A DNA stretch of 63,375 nt, the filler included, from Stramenopiles sp. TOSAG23-6 (lineage: Eukaryota), in NCBI GenBank assembly GCA_900128565.1. It is 10 parts of 10 records of this genome, joined end to end, with 100 filler letters (N's around TTAATTAATTAA, not from the genome) between each part and the next. Parts side by side here need not be neighbours in the genome. Positions count along the whole stretch, not along the records: positions 11,237 to 22,367 come from LT636279.1; positions 22,468 to 33,572 come from LT636280.1; 8 more parts are not named here. One strand, given 5' to 3'. Positions 12,710 through 22,573 of the stretch are shown here, in pieces. Under the pieces are notes generated by a model. It searched no databases, had not been told where the DNA came from, and saw only the letters and a list, made by a program, of their open reading frames with translations. Position numbers and translations under genes: made by a program. Position 1 is the stretch's first letter, and every line of letters begins with the position of its first letter.

Positions 12710-15700
12710 ATGTCAGAAGATAACGATGAATGGGAAACTTATGTAGATAATGAAAGTGGTATGATTTACTACGTAAATAGGTCAACAAATGTCAAACTGT
12801 GGGGACCAAGGGCGTCTTGGCTCCTGCGTTCGAAACGGCCTCTTAGTAGAAATATTTTAAGTAAACAATTGCAGAAGACTGCTGCTGCACATACGAGACA
12901 ACCAACTCCACCATATCTGTTTAGGAAAAACATTACACGAAAGAATAGTAAGAAAAAGAATAGACTTTTACAGAGAGGTAAAAGTAGCAATGAGAGTTCA
13001 GTGAAAAATTTACGAATAGAAAATAGTACAGAAAATAAGATAATGAGTCGTTTACAGAAGATCAATACAAGACGATCTGGTAGAAATACAAGACTTCGTA
13101 AACAAATGAAACGATCATCCGCAGGAAGTAAAAAATTAAAACGTAATCGGATACAAGTGAATATTGATGAAAGGAAGGTGAGTGATAAAATACAGATGGA
13201 AGAACTACTTCATAAAATTTCTGTGGGTTGTAGAACAGATCAAGAACATCAAGAAATCATTAATAAAATTAACAAGCGTATACAACAAGAGAAATTTGAA
13301 AGAGAATTAAAATTAGATAGAGAAAAAAGGGCAATCCATCTTGAATTTCAACGTGAACTTTCAGAACTTAGAAAGTTTGAACAAGATGTAGTAGATAGTG
13401 ACGTCAATAATTCAGGAATGACTACATATTTACACAAAAAACATACACTAAAACAACAAAACACGGGAAATAAATTAGAAATAATTCAACGAAACCTCCG
13501 CGTAATTGATAATAATGAAAATATACAAAATTGTGTATCTGTAGAACGTTCAATATTCTCGAAAAGTTGGTTGAATTTAAGTGAACGGAACCGCGTTGTC
13601 GCTACTCAGCAATTTCTCCGTAGAGTCATTGAGCAAATAATACACAGAGGAACAATGGCAAAAAATAAGAGTGGTAGTATTGGTAGAATATACGGAATGC
13701 ACATTTCTGAAGTTTCGGATTTTTTTAGATCAGCTGATAGAAGTCTCTCTGGAACGATTTCTACTGAAGAATTTATTTCTCTGCTAAAGCAATCAAATCC
13801 ATCTTTATCCTTGCCAGAGATATACTTTATAGCATTGAACTGTCAAAGTTGCCATGCAAATATGACTTCGAAAGAGATTTTTGATTCTGATATAAATTGG
13901 AAAGCTCTTGTAGAAAATATGGAAAAACATTACAATAGGACTGAAATTCAAAAAGTTGATGAATTAGCAGATTTGTTTGAGTTTGAAATGATGCTACAAA
14001 AGGATTCAAAATATAATATTTATACTTGTAAACCTACTAACCAAGACAAAATATCTAAACAAACAGATAAATGGGGACAGTTGTCACAACAAACACGTGA
14101 CCGAGCAGCACAAGAATTTCTTTTACGGGCGATGGAGATTTGTCCAGATGCAACTCTTTATGGGCGCCCGATCACTTCACCAAATGATTTCTTCCTAGCA
14201 GCACAAGTTAATAGATTACCCCACGGAGGCGGAAAGCAAATAATCTCACGTAATGAGCTATGTGCTGCTTTAAGACGAGTTGCATTAGATCGGAAGAGCA
14301 TTGGAAATAGTTCTTTGAATAACGGGTTAGGATTAAGTATGTCTCAAATAAGATCTTTGGTTGGCAGTATTGATGCCAATAAAGATAATTTAATTAATTG
14401 GGTAAATTTACTCGATAAACTGAAAATTCAAATGACAAGACATCCAGAAAAAGCAATGGAGTTAGCTAACGTGTATGAATTAGAACTCCAACTGCATGAA
14501 GAAGGATTATCAACAGGTCATATTGATTCATGGAAGATTGGTGGTAAAACTATTAGTAGTAAAACTATTTCTCCTTATCTTACGCTCCGTCGAGCTTCAA
14601 ATGGAATAATTGTCGGACTACCTTCATTAGCTAGCAAGGGAAACAGTCAAAATATAAACAGAACGAAACAAAGAGTAAAACGTTTGCAATACAAAATGAA
14701 GCAACGTCAAAAGGAGCGTGAACATCGAAGGTTGAGAGAAGAAAGTGATCCTATATTGAAACGTGCAAAGCAACGAGTCGCAAATAGACATTTATCGCGG
14801 CAACTAAAACAAAAACGCATGGAAGTCAAAAATCCATTTATGAAGCACATGAGACATGCTGAGCGAAATGCTTTAGGATATAGCGACAATGAAAATTCTA
14901 GCGATATTGATGATAATGAAGATAGTAGTAAAAAGATATCGCCAACAAACTGGGATGCTAAAACATATAGATTACATAAAGAAGAACGACTTCGTGAAGC
15001 GTTGCGCAAAAGACAAATGCAAAATAAATCTGGGAAATCTATCCAATGGGATAAACATGGTAGAGTTATAGTACCAAAAGATATCGTTAATGATACTGCT
15101 TCGGGTGACATGTCACTAAAACAACAAAGTAAATATCATTTGAAGAATCTACAAACAAAACTCAAGAAGAATGAAATTACCTCTGCAAAATTATTTGCTG
15201 CCCTTGATAGAAAAACATATATACAATATTCAGATTTATGTAAAGCATTAGAAATATTAGCTGTATATGTAAACAAGAGTGAGATACGTACGTTTATGAA
15301 TCTTCAATTTGGTGCATCATTCAAAAAGAATAAACACATTACAAAAGTGAATGTCAGTCATTCAATGAAACAAAATGGAAAAATACAGAACAACTTCGAG
15401 GTGGAGTGGAAAGTTTTGCGCAATACTTTGTTTCCTCATTTAGCAAAATCACTTTTAGAAGATCAGATTCCATCAATGTTAAAAAAGCCGTCTGAACCTA
15501 ATCGACCAATTGGTGAACAGATAAAATACATAAGAGATATTCTTGATACATATGGGGTAACTCCGCCAATTTTCCTTGGTATGCTCCGTCAACGTGGAGG
15601 CAAGGAAACTTTCAATTTTTCAGATATTCAAAGAGTATTTTTGTCTTTAGAAATTAAGTATTCTAATAGTGAATGTAGATCACTTGTACAAAAGTTATCA

Positions 15701-18139
15701 AATAGCGGTGAAAGTATAACTTGGTCAAAGCTCAAGAGTATCTTTTTCATTCCTCATGTGGTTTCAATTAGCGCTGAAGCTAATAAGCGGGCAATTATTC
15801 AGATTACAAAACGCAAAGAGTTGGAGAGGCAGGCAAGTTTAAAGTTGGTTGAATTACGTGAAATTCTTCGAAAAAGGGACATTGCAGATTCAACACTTTT
15901 TATATTTATGGATGCTGACAGATCCAATGCCATCTCATTCGGCGAATTCGAACGTGGGCTTGGTTTAGCTGGCATTTATATTGAACCATTAGCATTATGT
16001 CATACAGTGTTTCAATGTATATCAGGGAAAGATAATCTTGTATCATGGGGCGAATTACGAGACGCCTTATACAAAGGAGGAGGTGGGAAACAGTGGGGTA
16101 GGGGTAGAACTCACGTTGAAAACAACGAGAGAACATCTCATTTACACAAGTCTAATAAGAATAACGATATGCGTACTCACGAAAGCAAAGTACATCGTCA
16201 TAAACATGTCAAGGACATAATTGATACCATCAATAGTATAATTAAAAAAAGGCAGCTTGATCCATATGATTTATTTTCTACTATAGATCGTGGAACATTT
16301 GGCGGATTTATGTCTAAAAATGATTTTATTTCAGGAGTTTCTCGCTTAAATGTAAATAATATAGATGTGGTGAATCATGAACAGATTATGGATTTATTTT
16401 GGTTCCTTTCTGGTAAAAATCAAAGGATTTCTATAACAAGATTATTTGAAGCATTTTTTTCAAATACCGGATACTCCAGCCTGAATAAGCCGGAAATCGT
16501 TAAAACTAAAGAGAAAAAGAGAAAAAAGAAGAGAAAAAAAAAACATGTTGATATTGTACACATGTCAGAATTAATAATGAAACTAGATAATTCTATGCTA
16601 ATGAAACAAATTACTCCTGAGTCATTTATGATCCAACTGGAACCAGATAGTAAAGAAGGCATTAATTTGTTGGAATTTCGAACAGGAATTTTAGATATCC
16701 TAGGGTTAAAGAAATTTACAAAATCTGATTGTCGAGATTTATTTAATATTTTAGATCATAATCATAAAGGTACTCTTCAGCTCAAGGAACTACTCGCTGT
16801 TCAAAGCGGAGCCTGGAAAGAATATGAACTCTTCTCAAAAACTCACCACAGAGAGAAATTGAGCATTGATATTATGAAAGGAAAGACTGCCAAAGAAATT
16901 GAACAACTACAAGAAGCGGAAGAAGTCGTTAAAGCTGTCGAAATAAAGATGTCCCATTATGACACAGACAAAGAATTTCGAGTGTTTTGTAATGATATAT
17001 ACGGGGGAAGGGATGCATACCTAGAGCATATAAAAAGAGTAATTTGCCATGACGTTCACAAAAAAAGAAATGCTACAGTACCCAAGAATAGAAAAGGATT
17101 GGATAATCAAAAAGGTGAAAATAACTGTTTCTTAAATGTCGTAATACAAGCTCTTTGGCATTTGGATGCTTGGCGTGAAGGCTTTCTAAAATACAATGAT
17201 GAAAAAGACCACCAAGATGACCACGGGAAAGATAATTCTGTTCTATGTGCACTGAAAAACGTATTTGCTAATTTAAAAGGGTCATCGGAAGGTCTTGTTA
17301 GTTCTTCAGGCTTAAGAAAGTCACTTGCGAAGGCCTTTTCTGAGTTTAAAGAAGGTGATATGAGCGATGCATCGGAAGCTCATCTTCAAATTCTTACATT
17401 ACTCCACAGCAATTTAGGTGGAATCGCTGATGATCATGTAAATACTAAGTGTTCGTGTCTTGTTCATAAAATATTCGGTCAGAGGTTTAGGGAAAACTAT
17501 GAACTGACAAAAAAAGGTCGCAATGATTGGAATAAGCGGATGATCGAAATATCTGAAGATGCGGATAATGGCATTGAGCGAACCGAAGCACAAAAAACAT
17601 ATGATGTCCCTCCAATTCCCAAATTATCTGAAACATTGCTTCATTATAGTTGGGTTAATCCTCTCGTGGAAGGAAAGTCTCAAAATCCTTCTGCAAATTT
17701 TGATGATTTATTATGTCAAGCAACTAAAGACGTAAGAGTTCTAGGTGGCTGTGAGTATGATCTAGTAAATCAGTTACTTCAACCACCACCTATTTTTACA
17801 ATAGGCTTGGTTTGGGCTTCTGCTCGAGAACCTAAAACTGTTGTAAACAAGCTCTTAGACTCAATTGACCCATGGATAGATTTATCAAAATTAGGTTACA
17901 AAGAATCAAGGGGGGCAAAATTGAAAGGAATGTATTGTTTTTACATATCTCACTACATGGCTATATTCAAAGATTCAGTAAGTGGTGTGTGGTTGAGGCT
18001 AGATGATGCAGTAGTCGCAGAGATTGGTAATGATTGGAATTCTGTGTTACAATCATGTCGTGCGAATACATATCAACCTTCCGTATTATTTTATGAAACA
18101 CAATCGATTGATTGCCCAATACCCAAAAACAGAAGCTAA
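12710..18139 (+). CDS. WW + multiple EF-hand + C-terminal USP53/USP54-like ubiquitin protease
   Basis: WETYVDNESGMIYYVN..W (WW); DADRSNAISFGEF and DHNHKGTLQLKEL (EF-hands); GLDNQKGENNCFLNVVIQALWHL Cys box; FYISHY..WLRLDD His box. Confidence 0.85.
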   Translation: MSEDNDEWETYVDNESGMIYYVNRSTNVKLWGPRASWLLRSKRPLSRNILSKQLQKTAAAHTRQPTPPYLFRKNITRKNSKKKNRLLQRGKSSNESSVKNLRIENSTENKIMSRLQKINTRRSGRNTRLRKQMKRSSAGSKKLKRNRIQVNIDERKVSDKIQMEELLHKISVGCRTDQEHQEIINKINKRIQQEKFERELKLDREKRAIHLEFQRELSELRKFEQDVVDSDVNNSGMTTYLHKKHTLKQQNTGNKLEIIQRNLRVIDNNENIQNCVSVERSIFSKSWLNLSERNRVVATQQFLRRVIEQIIHRGTMAKNKSGSIGRIYGMHISEVSDFFRSADRSLSGTISTEEFISLLKQSNPSLSLPEIYFIALNCQSCHANMTSKEIFDSDINWKALVENMEKHYNRTEIQKVDELADLFEFEMMLQKDSKYNIYTCKPTNQDKISKQTDKWGQLSQQTRDRAAQEFLLRAMEICPDATLYGRPITSPNDFFLAAQVNRLPHGGGKQIISRNELCAALRRVALDRKSIGNSSLNNGLGLSMSQIRSLVGSIDANKDNLINWVNLLDKLKIQMTRHPEKAMELANVYELELQLHEEGLSTGHIDSWKIGGKTISSKTISPYLTLRRASNGIIVGLPSLASKGNSQNINRTKQRVKRLQYKMKQRQKEREHRRLREESDPILKRAKQRVANRHLSRQLKQKRMEVKNPFMKHMRHAERNALGYSDNENSSDIDDNEDSSKKISPTNWDAKTYRLHKEERLREALRKRQMQNKSGKSIQWDKHGRVIVPKDIVNDTASGDMSLKQQSKYHLKNLQTKLKKNEITSAKLFAALDRKTYIQYSDLCKALEILAVYVNKSEIRTFMNLQFGASFKKNKHITKVNVSHSMKQNGKIQNNFEVEWKVLRNTLFPHLAKSLLEDQIPSMLKKPSEPNRPIGEQIKYIRDILDTYGVTPPIFLGMLRQRGGKETFNFSDIQRVFLSLEIKYSNSECRSLVQKLSNSGESITWSKLKSIFFIPHVVSISAEANKRAIIQITKRKELERQASLKLVELREILRKRDIADSTLFIFMDADRSNAISFGEFERGLGLAGIYIEPLALCHTVFQCISGKDNLVSWGELRDALYKGGGGKQWGRGRTHVENNERTSHLHKSNKNNDMRTHESKVHRHKHVKDIIDTINSIIKKRQLDPYDLFSTIDRGTFGGFMSKNDFISGVSRLNVNNIDVVNHEQIMDLFWFLSGKNQRISITRLFEAFFSNTGYSSLNKPEIVKTKEKKRKKKRKKKHVDIVHMSELIMKLDNSMLMKQITPESFMIQLEPDSKEGINLLEFRTGILDILGLKKFTKSDCRDLFNILDHNHKGTLQLKELLAVQSGAWKEYELFSKTHHREKLSIDIMKGKTAKEIEQLQEAEEVVKAVEIKMSHYDTDKEFRVFCNDIYGGRDAYLEHIKRVICHDVHKKRNATVPKNRKGLDNQKGENNCFLNVVIQALWHLDAWREGFLKYNDEKDHQDDHGKDNSVLCALKNVFANLKGSSEGLVSSSGLRKSLAKAFSEFKEGDMSDASEAHLQILTLLHSNLGGIADDHVNTKCSCLVHKIFGQRFRENYELTKKGRNDWNKRMIEISEDADNGIERTEAQKTYDVPPIPKLSETLLHYSWVNPLVEGKSQNPSANFDDLLCQATKDVRVLGGCEYDLVNQLLQPPPIFTIGLVWASAREPKTVVNKLLDSIDPWIDLSKLGYKESRGAKLKGMYCFYISHYMAIFKDSVSGVWLRLDDAVVAEIGNDWNSVLQSCRANTYQPSVLFYETQSIDCPIPKNRS

Positions 18140-18375
18140 TTTATAATAAATATAAATAAATAAAAATTTCCTTCACACGTGTAAAAAAAGGCATGCACAT
18201 CAGCTGCTGCATAGCATATGCATGGTACCCGGTACCTTCAGATTGCGGCGACGGCGACAATTCCAAATTATTTTGCGATTTTGTTGATATTCTATCAGTC
18301 ATCGATCGACACGCGCAGACAGAATTCTTACGTACAGTACTGCTTACAACAACACTTTTGTCGAGAATAATAAAA

Positions 18376-19525
18376 ATGGCCCGAGAGACAGCAGTAGAAC
18401 ATAAAAAGTAAGTTGCTACATTCAATTATCTATTGTTTATATCATTGTGACTGAGTTGCTATGCTTAACTTTAACTTTCTTTTTACCATGATGTTTGACT
18501 TGTTACTAGCTTGCCGCATTGCTCTTATGTACTAGTCAACACTTTCCCTCTATATTCTCTCTGTATTCTGAGTATTATTTTCTCTAATGATAAGTTTGTG
18601 ATAATTTCCTATCCTAACATATAACATTACTTTGATATTTATCTACAATTATAGCACTGGTAATGGTTTTTTCAAGTCAGGTGATTTGGATAACGCAATT
18701 ATTCACTACACCAAGTCCATCGAAGCTGACCCAAGCTACCACGTCCCTTACTCCAACAGGTCTCAAGCTTATTTCAAACAGAAAAAGTACGAAAAAGCTG
18801 CTGCTGATGGCCAGTCTTGTATCCGTGTCAACCCAGAGTTTTTGAAAGGTTACCATCGCGCTGCTAATGCTCTTTTGGCTCTGAGAAAGTACGACGTCGT
18901 CATGGAGTGTTTGGATGTCGCTTACCGCAGTGGTTTCCGTGCTAACGGTGATTTGGCTGATATTGATGCTCAAGCACGCCCAATGGCTGAGAAAATGGCA
19001 CTTGCTAAGCGTCAAAATATGTCAAGAGCAGAACAATTGAAATTTGAAGGAAATGACTTAGTCAAGAAAGGAATGTACGAACAAGCTTTGGAAAAATATA
19101 ATCAAGCAGTTGCTGCTTGCAAAATGCCAGAAGATAAGAAGCTTTACGTTGCTTGCGTAGGCAACCGTGCTCTTTGCTGGCAACAGCAAAGTGCATTCCA
19201 TCAGATGATTGAAGATTGTAATCTTGTCCTTGAGCATGATCCAAAAAATATCAAAGCTNTCTTCCGTCGTGCATNTATGTTTTTTTTCTTTCAACTTCAA
19301 ATTATTTTTTTTCGTACGAATTTTTGTACCTAACGATATTTTTTTTTTTTTTAAATATTTTTTCAACATACATGCGGATTCGAAGGAAGGGAAAAGTATC
19401 GCCTTGCTCTTCAAGACATCAAAGCTGTACTTGCAATCAATCCTACGTGGGATGCTGCCAACAAAGCTCAACATCGTCTTGGCCGCGCTGTCAATATGTT
19501 GAAGAAAGTAAAACAAGCTAGATAA
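18376..19525 (+). CDS. TPR co-chaperone-like protein (STI1/TOM34-like); exons 18376-18407, 18655-19274, 19374-19525
   Basis: GNGFFKSG..YSNRSQAY and KFEGNDLVKKG..GNRALC TPR clamps; intron 1 is GT-AG, intron 2 is GT-AT family. Confidence 0.85.
18408..18654 (+). other. Canonical GT-AG intron
   Basis: GTAAGT..ATAG; joins HK-N-TGNGFF in frame. Confidence 0.85.
19275..19373 (+). mobile_element. Introner-like (G)T-AT intron
   Basis: nTATGT..core..ATACAT; gives FRRA-C-GFEG..ALQD. Confidence 0.8.
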
Positions 19526-19715
19526 ATAATTTCATTTTTGGTGATGGCTAATTTACTTGCACAAAAACAATTAATCCTGGAATTGATCATAAATCTTTTA
19601 TTTTAGATATCCTATATACTACTATTGTGTTACAAATATGAATGTTTAATATTACACAAAGATGCAATACTACTTCAACATACTATTGCTTCACAAAATC
19701 TGTCATATTCTACAA

Positions 19716-21548
19716 CTAAGGATCTTTGACTAAATTAATGAAGTTTCTTTCAATATTCATCAATTCTTCTTCGATCAGAACACCCCCTGGACCCCCGAGA
19801 TCAGCAGCTGCCTTCTTTGCTTCCATAGCAGCGCGTTTCTCCCGTTTCTGTGCATCTCTTGCAAGAGTCAATAAATTCTTTTCTCGCATAAATTCTCTCT
19901 CCAGCATTGCTCCCATCGCTGGTTTTTCATTTCCTTGAGGTTTCCATAAGCTATCGCTTAACTCTAAAAGCGACACTGTGCCACTATTATCACCAATTGC
20001 AACAAGTTGAACGGAAGCCTTATTATTTTGGCTATTAGAAATCGCAATGGAAGACAACGCATCGTCACATACTTTATGCGAATATGCGACCTCATTTTGC
20101 CTGAAGAAGTAATCCCAAACATCGACAACACCATCTTGACGGGCGACAAAAAATACCCCGGGTCTTGTTGGAGACCAACAACCTGCAGTTAAATACGATT
20201 GATGATATTTTGTAGTCATGATTGGTGTTTTCAAATCTTCTGTCCAAATACGGGCTGTCCAATCACCCACATGTATCTTGGAAAAATACTTCAAAAAACA
20301 AAAAAAATTGTTAGGTACAAAATTTCCTATAAAAAAATAAATTTGAAATTGAAAAAAAATAAAACATACAGTCATAAAATATTTTGTGTGAACTGGATTT
20401 CTCTGTATTGAATATATTGGAGCATGGTGCTTGCCAGGTCCATCTGAATATATTGATACACCATTTTTTGTTTTTTTGCTTCTCTTATTAATCGACGCAA
20501 CGATTCCTTGTTCGGTTCCAACTAAGTACTTATGAGGTCCAGCTTCTGAGTTATAGGCCATACAAGATGCACCATATACTTTATCAGTGCCTTCTAGGGT
20601 GATCCGTTCAACTGGCTCATTTAATCTTCGAGTATCCCACCACAATATTTGCCCATCAGTAGAACAAGAAACACAAGAAGTTCCGGTTTTACTTTGAGGC
20701 CATTGGACGTCATATACTGGATCATGATGCGATGTCTCAATTTGACTTGTTGAAGTCGCACTCTCACTGCTTCGTCGATCAAAGGTGCAAATCAAACCGT
20801 TATACGAACCACCGACAAGGACTTCAGTATTCTTTGGATTGAATCGGAGAGCGCATAATGGCGAATCAGGAGTTAACGTCGACTCTGGTGCATTAGGTTT
20901 CTGAACGTCCCAAATATATGAACTTACAGGTAAATTTTTTTGAAGCAGTCTGGGATCTTGAAATTGTAACACAGAATACGAAACAGCAATTCTTGTTGGT
21001 CCATCAGGGATCCAATCAATCGTAGCTGCTGTGCGACGCATAGAACATGGGTCACGAAGGACAGCCAAGCCTTTTGCCGAAGGAGGTTCTGAAGAGTGAT
21101 CCTCCAAGAGTTCGTCAAAATATGTTTCATAAATATTAATTGTGTTATTTTGTTTGACTCCCATTTGTATGACAGGTCCAAGTTTGGAAACGGAAGATCC
21201 TAGTGGCTCTGCAGCTTCTGTGCTTCCTTTTGTCTTTCCACCCTTTTCCCTTCGTTTTCTGTATCGTACCAACGCAGCTTCATCATCTATGTCAATCTCT
21301 TGTGGCCACCCACCTTCATTATGCGTTTGTCCCTTTTCACCCATAGCAACAGGTTTTGTAGTCACTTTAGACACCGATAATTGTGGCGCGGTGTCTAATG
21401 TAACATGTAAACTTTCCTTTCTTAATAAGGAAACACCTCCATCACTAGAAGATATAACTTGCGCTAAAACTTCTGCGGGCATGTCGTCAAATTTTAGTTC
21501 TTTTCCAAAATGTCTTCGGGGTTTTGAGTACTCATAGACGAGATCCAT
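19716..21548 (-). CDS. DNAI2: Axonemal dynein intermediate chain 2 (WD40; ODA6/IC69-like)
   Basis: MDLVYEYSKPRRHFG, HNEGGWP, KQNNTINIYETYF, SHHDPVY, VGDWTARIW, WSPTRPGVFF. Confidence 0.92.
   Translation of the reverse strand: MDLVYEYSKPRRHFGKELKFDDMPAEVLAQVISSSDGGVSLLRKESLHVTLDTAPQLSVSKVTTKPVAMGEKGQTHNEGGWPQEIDIDDEAALVRYRKRREKGGKTKGSTEAAEPLGSSVSKLGPVIQMGVKQNNTINIYETYFDELLEDHSSEPPSAKGLAVLRDPCSMRRTAATIDWIPDGPTRIAVSYSVLQFQDPRLLQKNLPVSSYIWDVQKPNAPESTLTPDSPLCALRFNPKNTEVLVGGSYNGLICTFDRRSSESATSTSQIETSHHDPVYDVQWPQSKTGTSCVSCSTDGQILWWDTRRLNEPVERITLEGTDKVYGASCMAYNSEAGPHKYLVGTEQGIVASINKRSKKTKNGVSIYSDGPGKHHAPIYSIQRNPVHTKYFMTVCFIFFQFQIYFFIGNFVPNNFFCFLKYFSKIHVGDWTARIWTEDLKTPIMTTKYHQSYLTAGCWSPTRPGVFFVARQDGVVDVWDYFFRQNEVAYSHKVCDDALSSIAISNSQNNKASVQLVAIGDNSGTVSLLELSDSLWKPQGNEKPAMGAMLEREFMREKNLLTLARDAQKREKRAAMEAKKAAADLGGPGGVLIEEELMNIERNFINLVKDP
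20271..20369 (-). mobile_element. Introner-like GT-AT intron (99 nt, read through in the ORF track)
   Basis: A 33-aa Phe-rich insert splits FMT|VGDWTARIW; GTATGT..GATACAT. Confidence 0.9.
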
Positions 21549-21916
21549 CGTAGAATAACCTTCTTAATTGTAGGTAATCTAAATCTAAGAATGTGGCAAT
21601 TAATTAAAAATATATTCTTCCACGTTAGTCTAAGAGATCTTCTTTCAAAGGTTTTGGAGGTACATACTCAATGTAACCGCGTAGAGAATTGTAACGCCAA
21701 AAATCCAATTAGGTACGAAAAGTTTGTATGAAANTATATCCAACGATCAGAATTTGATTTGCACGATAGTACAAAGACTAGCTACTACAAACAGTTGTAC
21801 CAGTATTGATCACAACATTGATCACATTGATCTGAGATATCAAGTCTATTTTCTATCGTACATTTGCTAAAAGCAAGTAACTTACAGTTGAGCTCAACTT
21901 GAAAATATCTCATTCA

Positions 21917-22356
21917 ATGTCAGAAGAGTTAAAAGGAGATATTGATGTGTCAGAAGAAGAAATTAATGAAATCAGAAAAGCATTTGACTACTATGACGAA
22001 GACAAGGTATGTTGTATTGATGAATCATCTATATCCCTCCACCAGTGTACCTTCTTATATTACACAAGTTATTGTTATTATGCATCGCTTGCAATTTATT
22101 CTTCTTTTCCCCCGAAAGTTTTTTTTCTCTTTTCATTTTTCTAGAATTTCTTCTTTGTACGAAAAAAAAAAATCAACTTTCTTATGAAAATATATATCGT
22201 ACTTCAATTCAAAAGAGTTTATTATTAGAAACATTATCGTATTAACAATCTAATTATTTGTTTTATCTATCAATTACTCAGAGTGGTACAATGGAAAGGT
22301 CAGAATTGAATAATCTAGCCCTGGACTTGGGCCAAGAATTTGACGAAGATGAGCTT
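21917..22356 (+). CDS. Calmodulin/centrin-like EF-hand protein (partial); GT-AG intron 22007-22281, family donor at 22357
   Basis: EIRKAFDYYDEDK|SGTMERSEL forms an EF-hand after splicing. Confidence 0.8.
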
Positions 22357-22573
22357 GTACGTTTTCANNNNNNNNNNNNNNNNNNNNNNNNNNNNNNNNN
22401 NNNNNNNNNNNTTAATTAATTAANNNNNNNNNNNNNNNNNNNNNNNNNNNNNNNNNNNNNNNNNNNNTTTCTGCATAGATCGTGCAATTTGGATTTAGAT
22501 TCAGAGTATCCCACAACTTTTTCAGTACTTCATTATTGCTCCACTATTTTATAAAAAGAGCAAAAGAGCAAAT

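Noticed and set aside
19273-19371. Reading the whole family as standard U12 AT-AC introns
   Set aside because: This works only where the upstream exon ends in AT; it fails at 20369, 23999, 31431, 32994, 38181 and 48133, and the ATATCCTT donor is absent.
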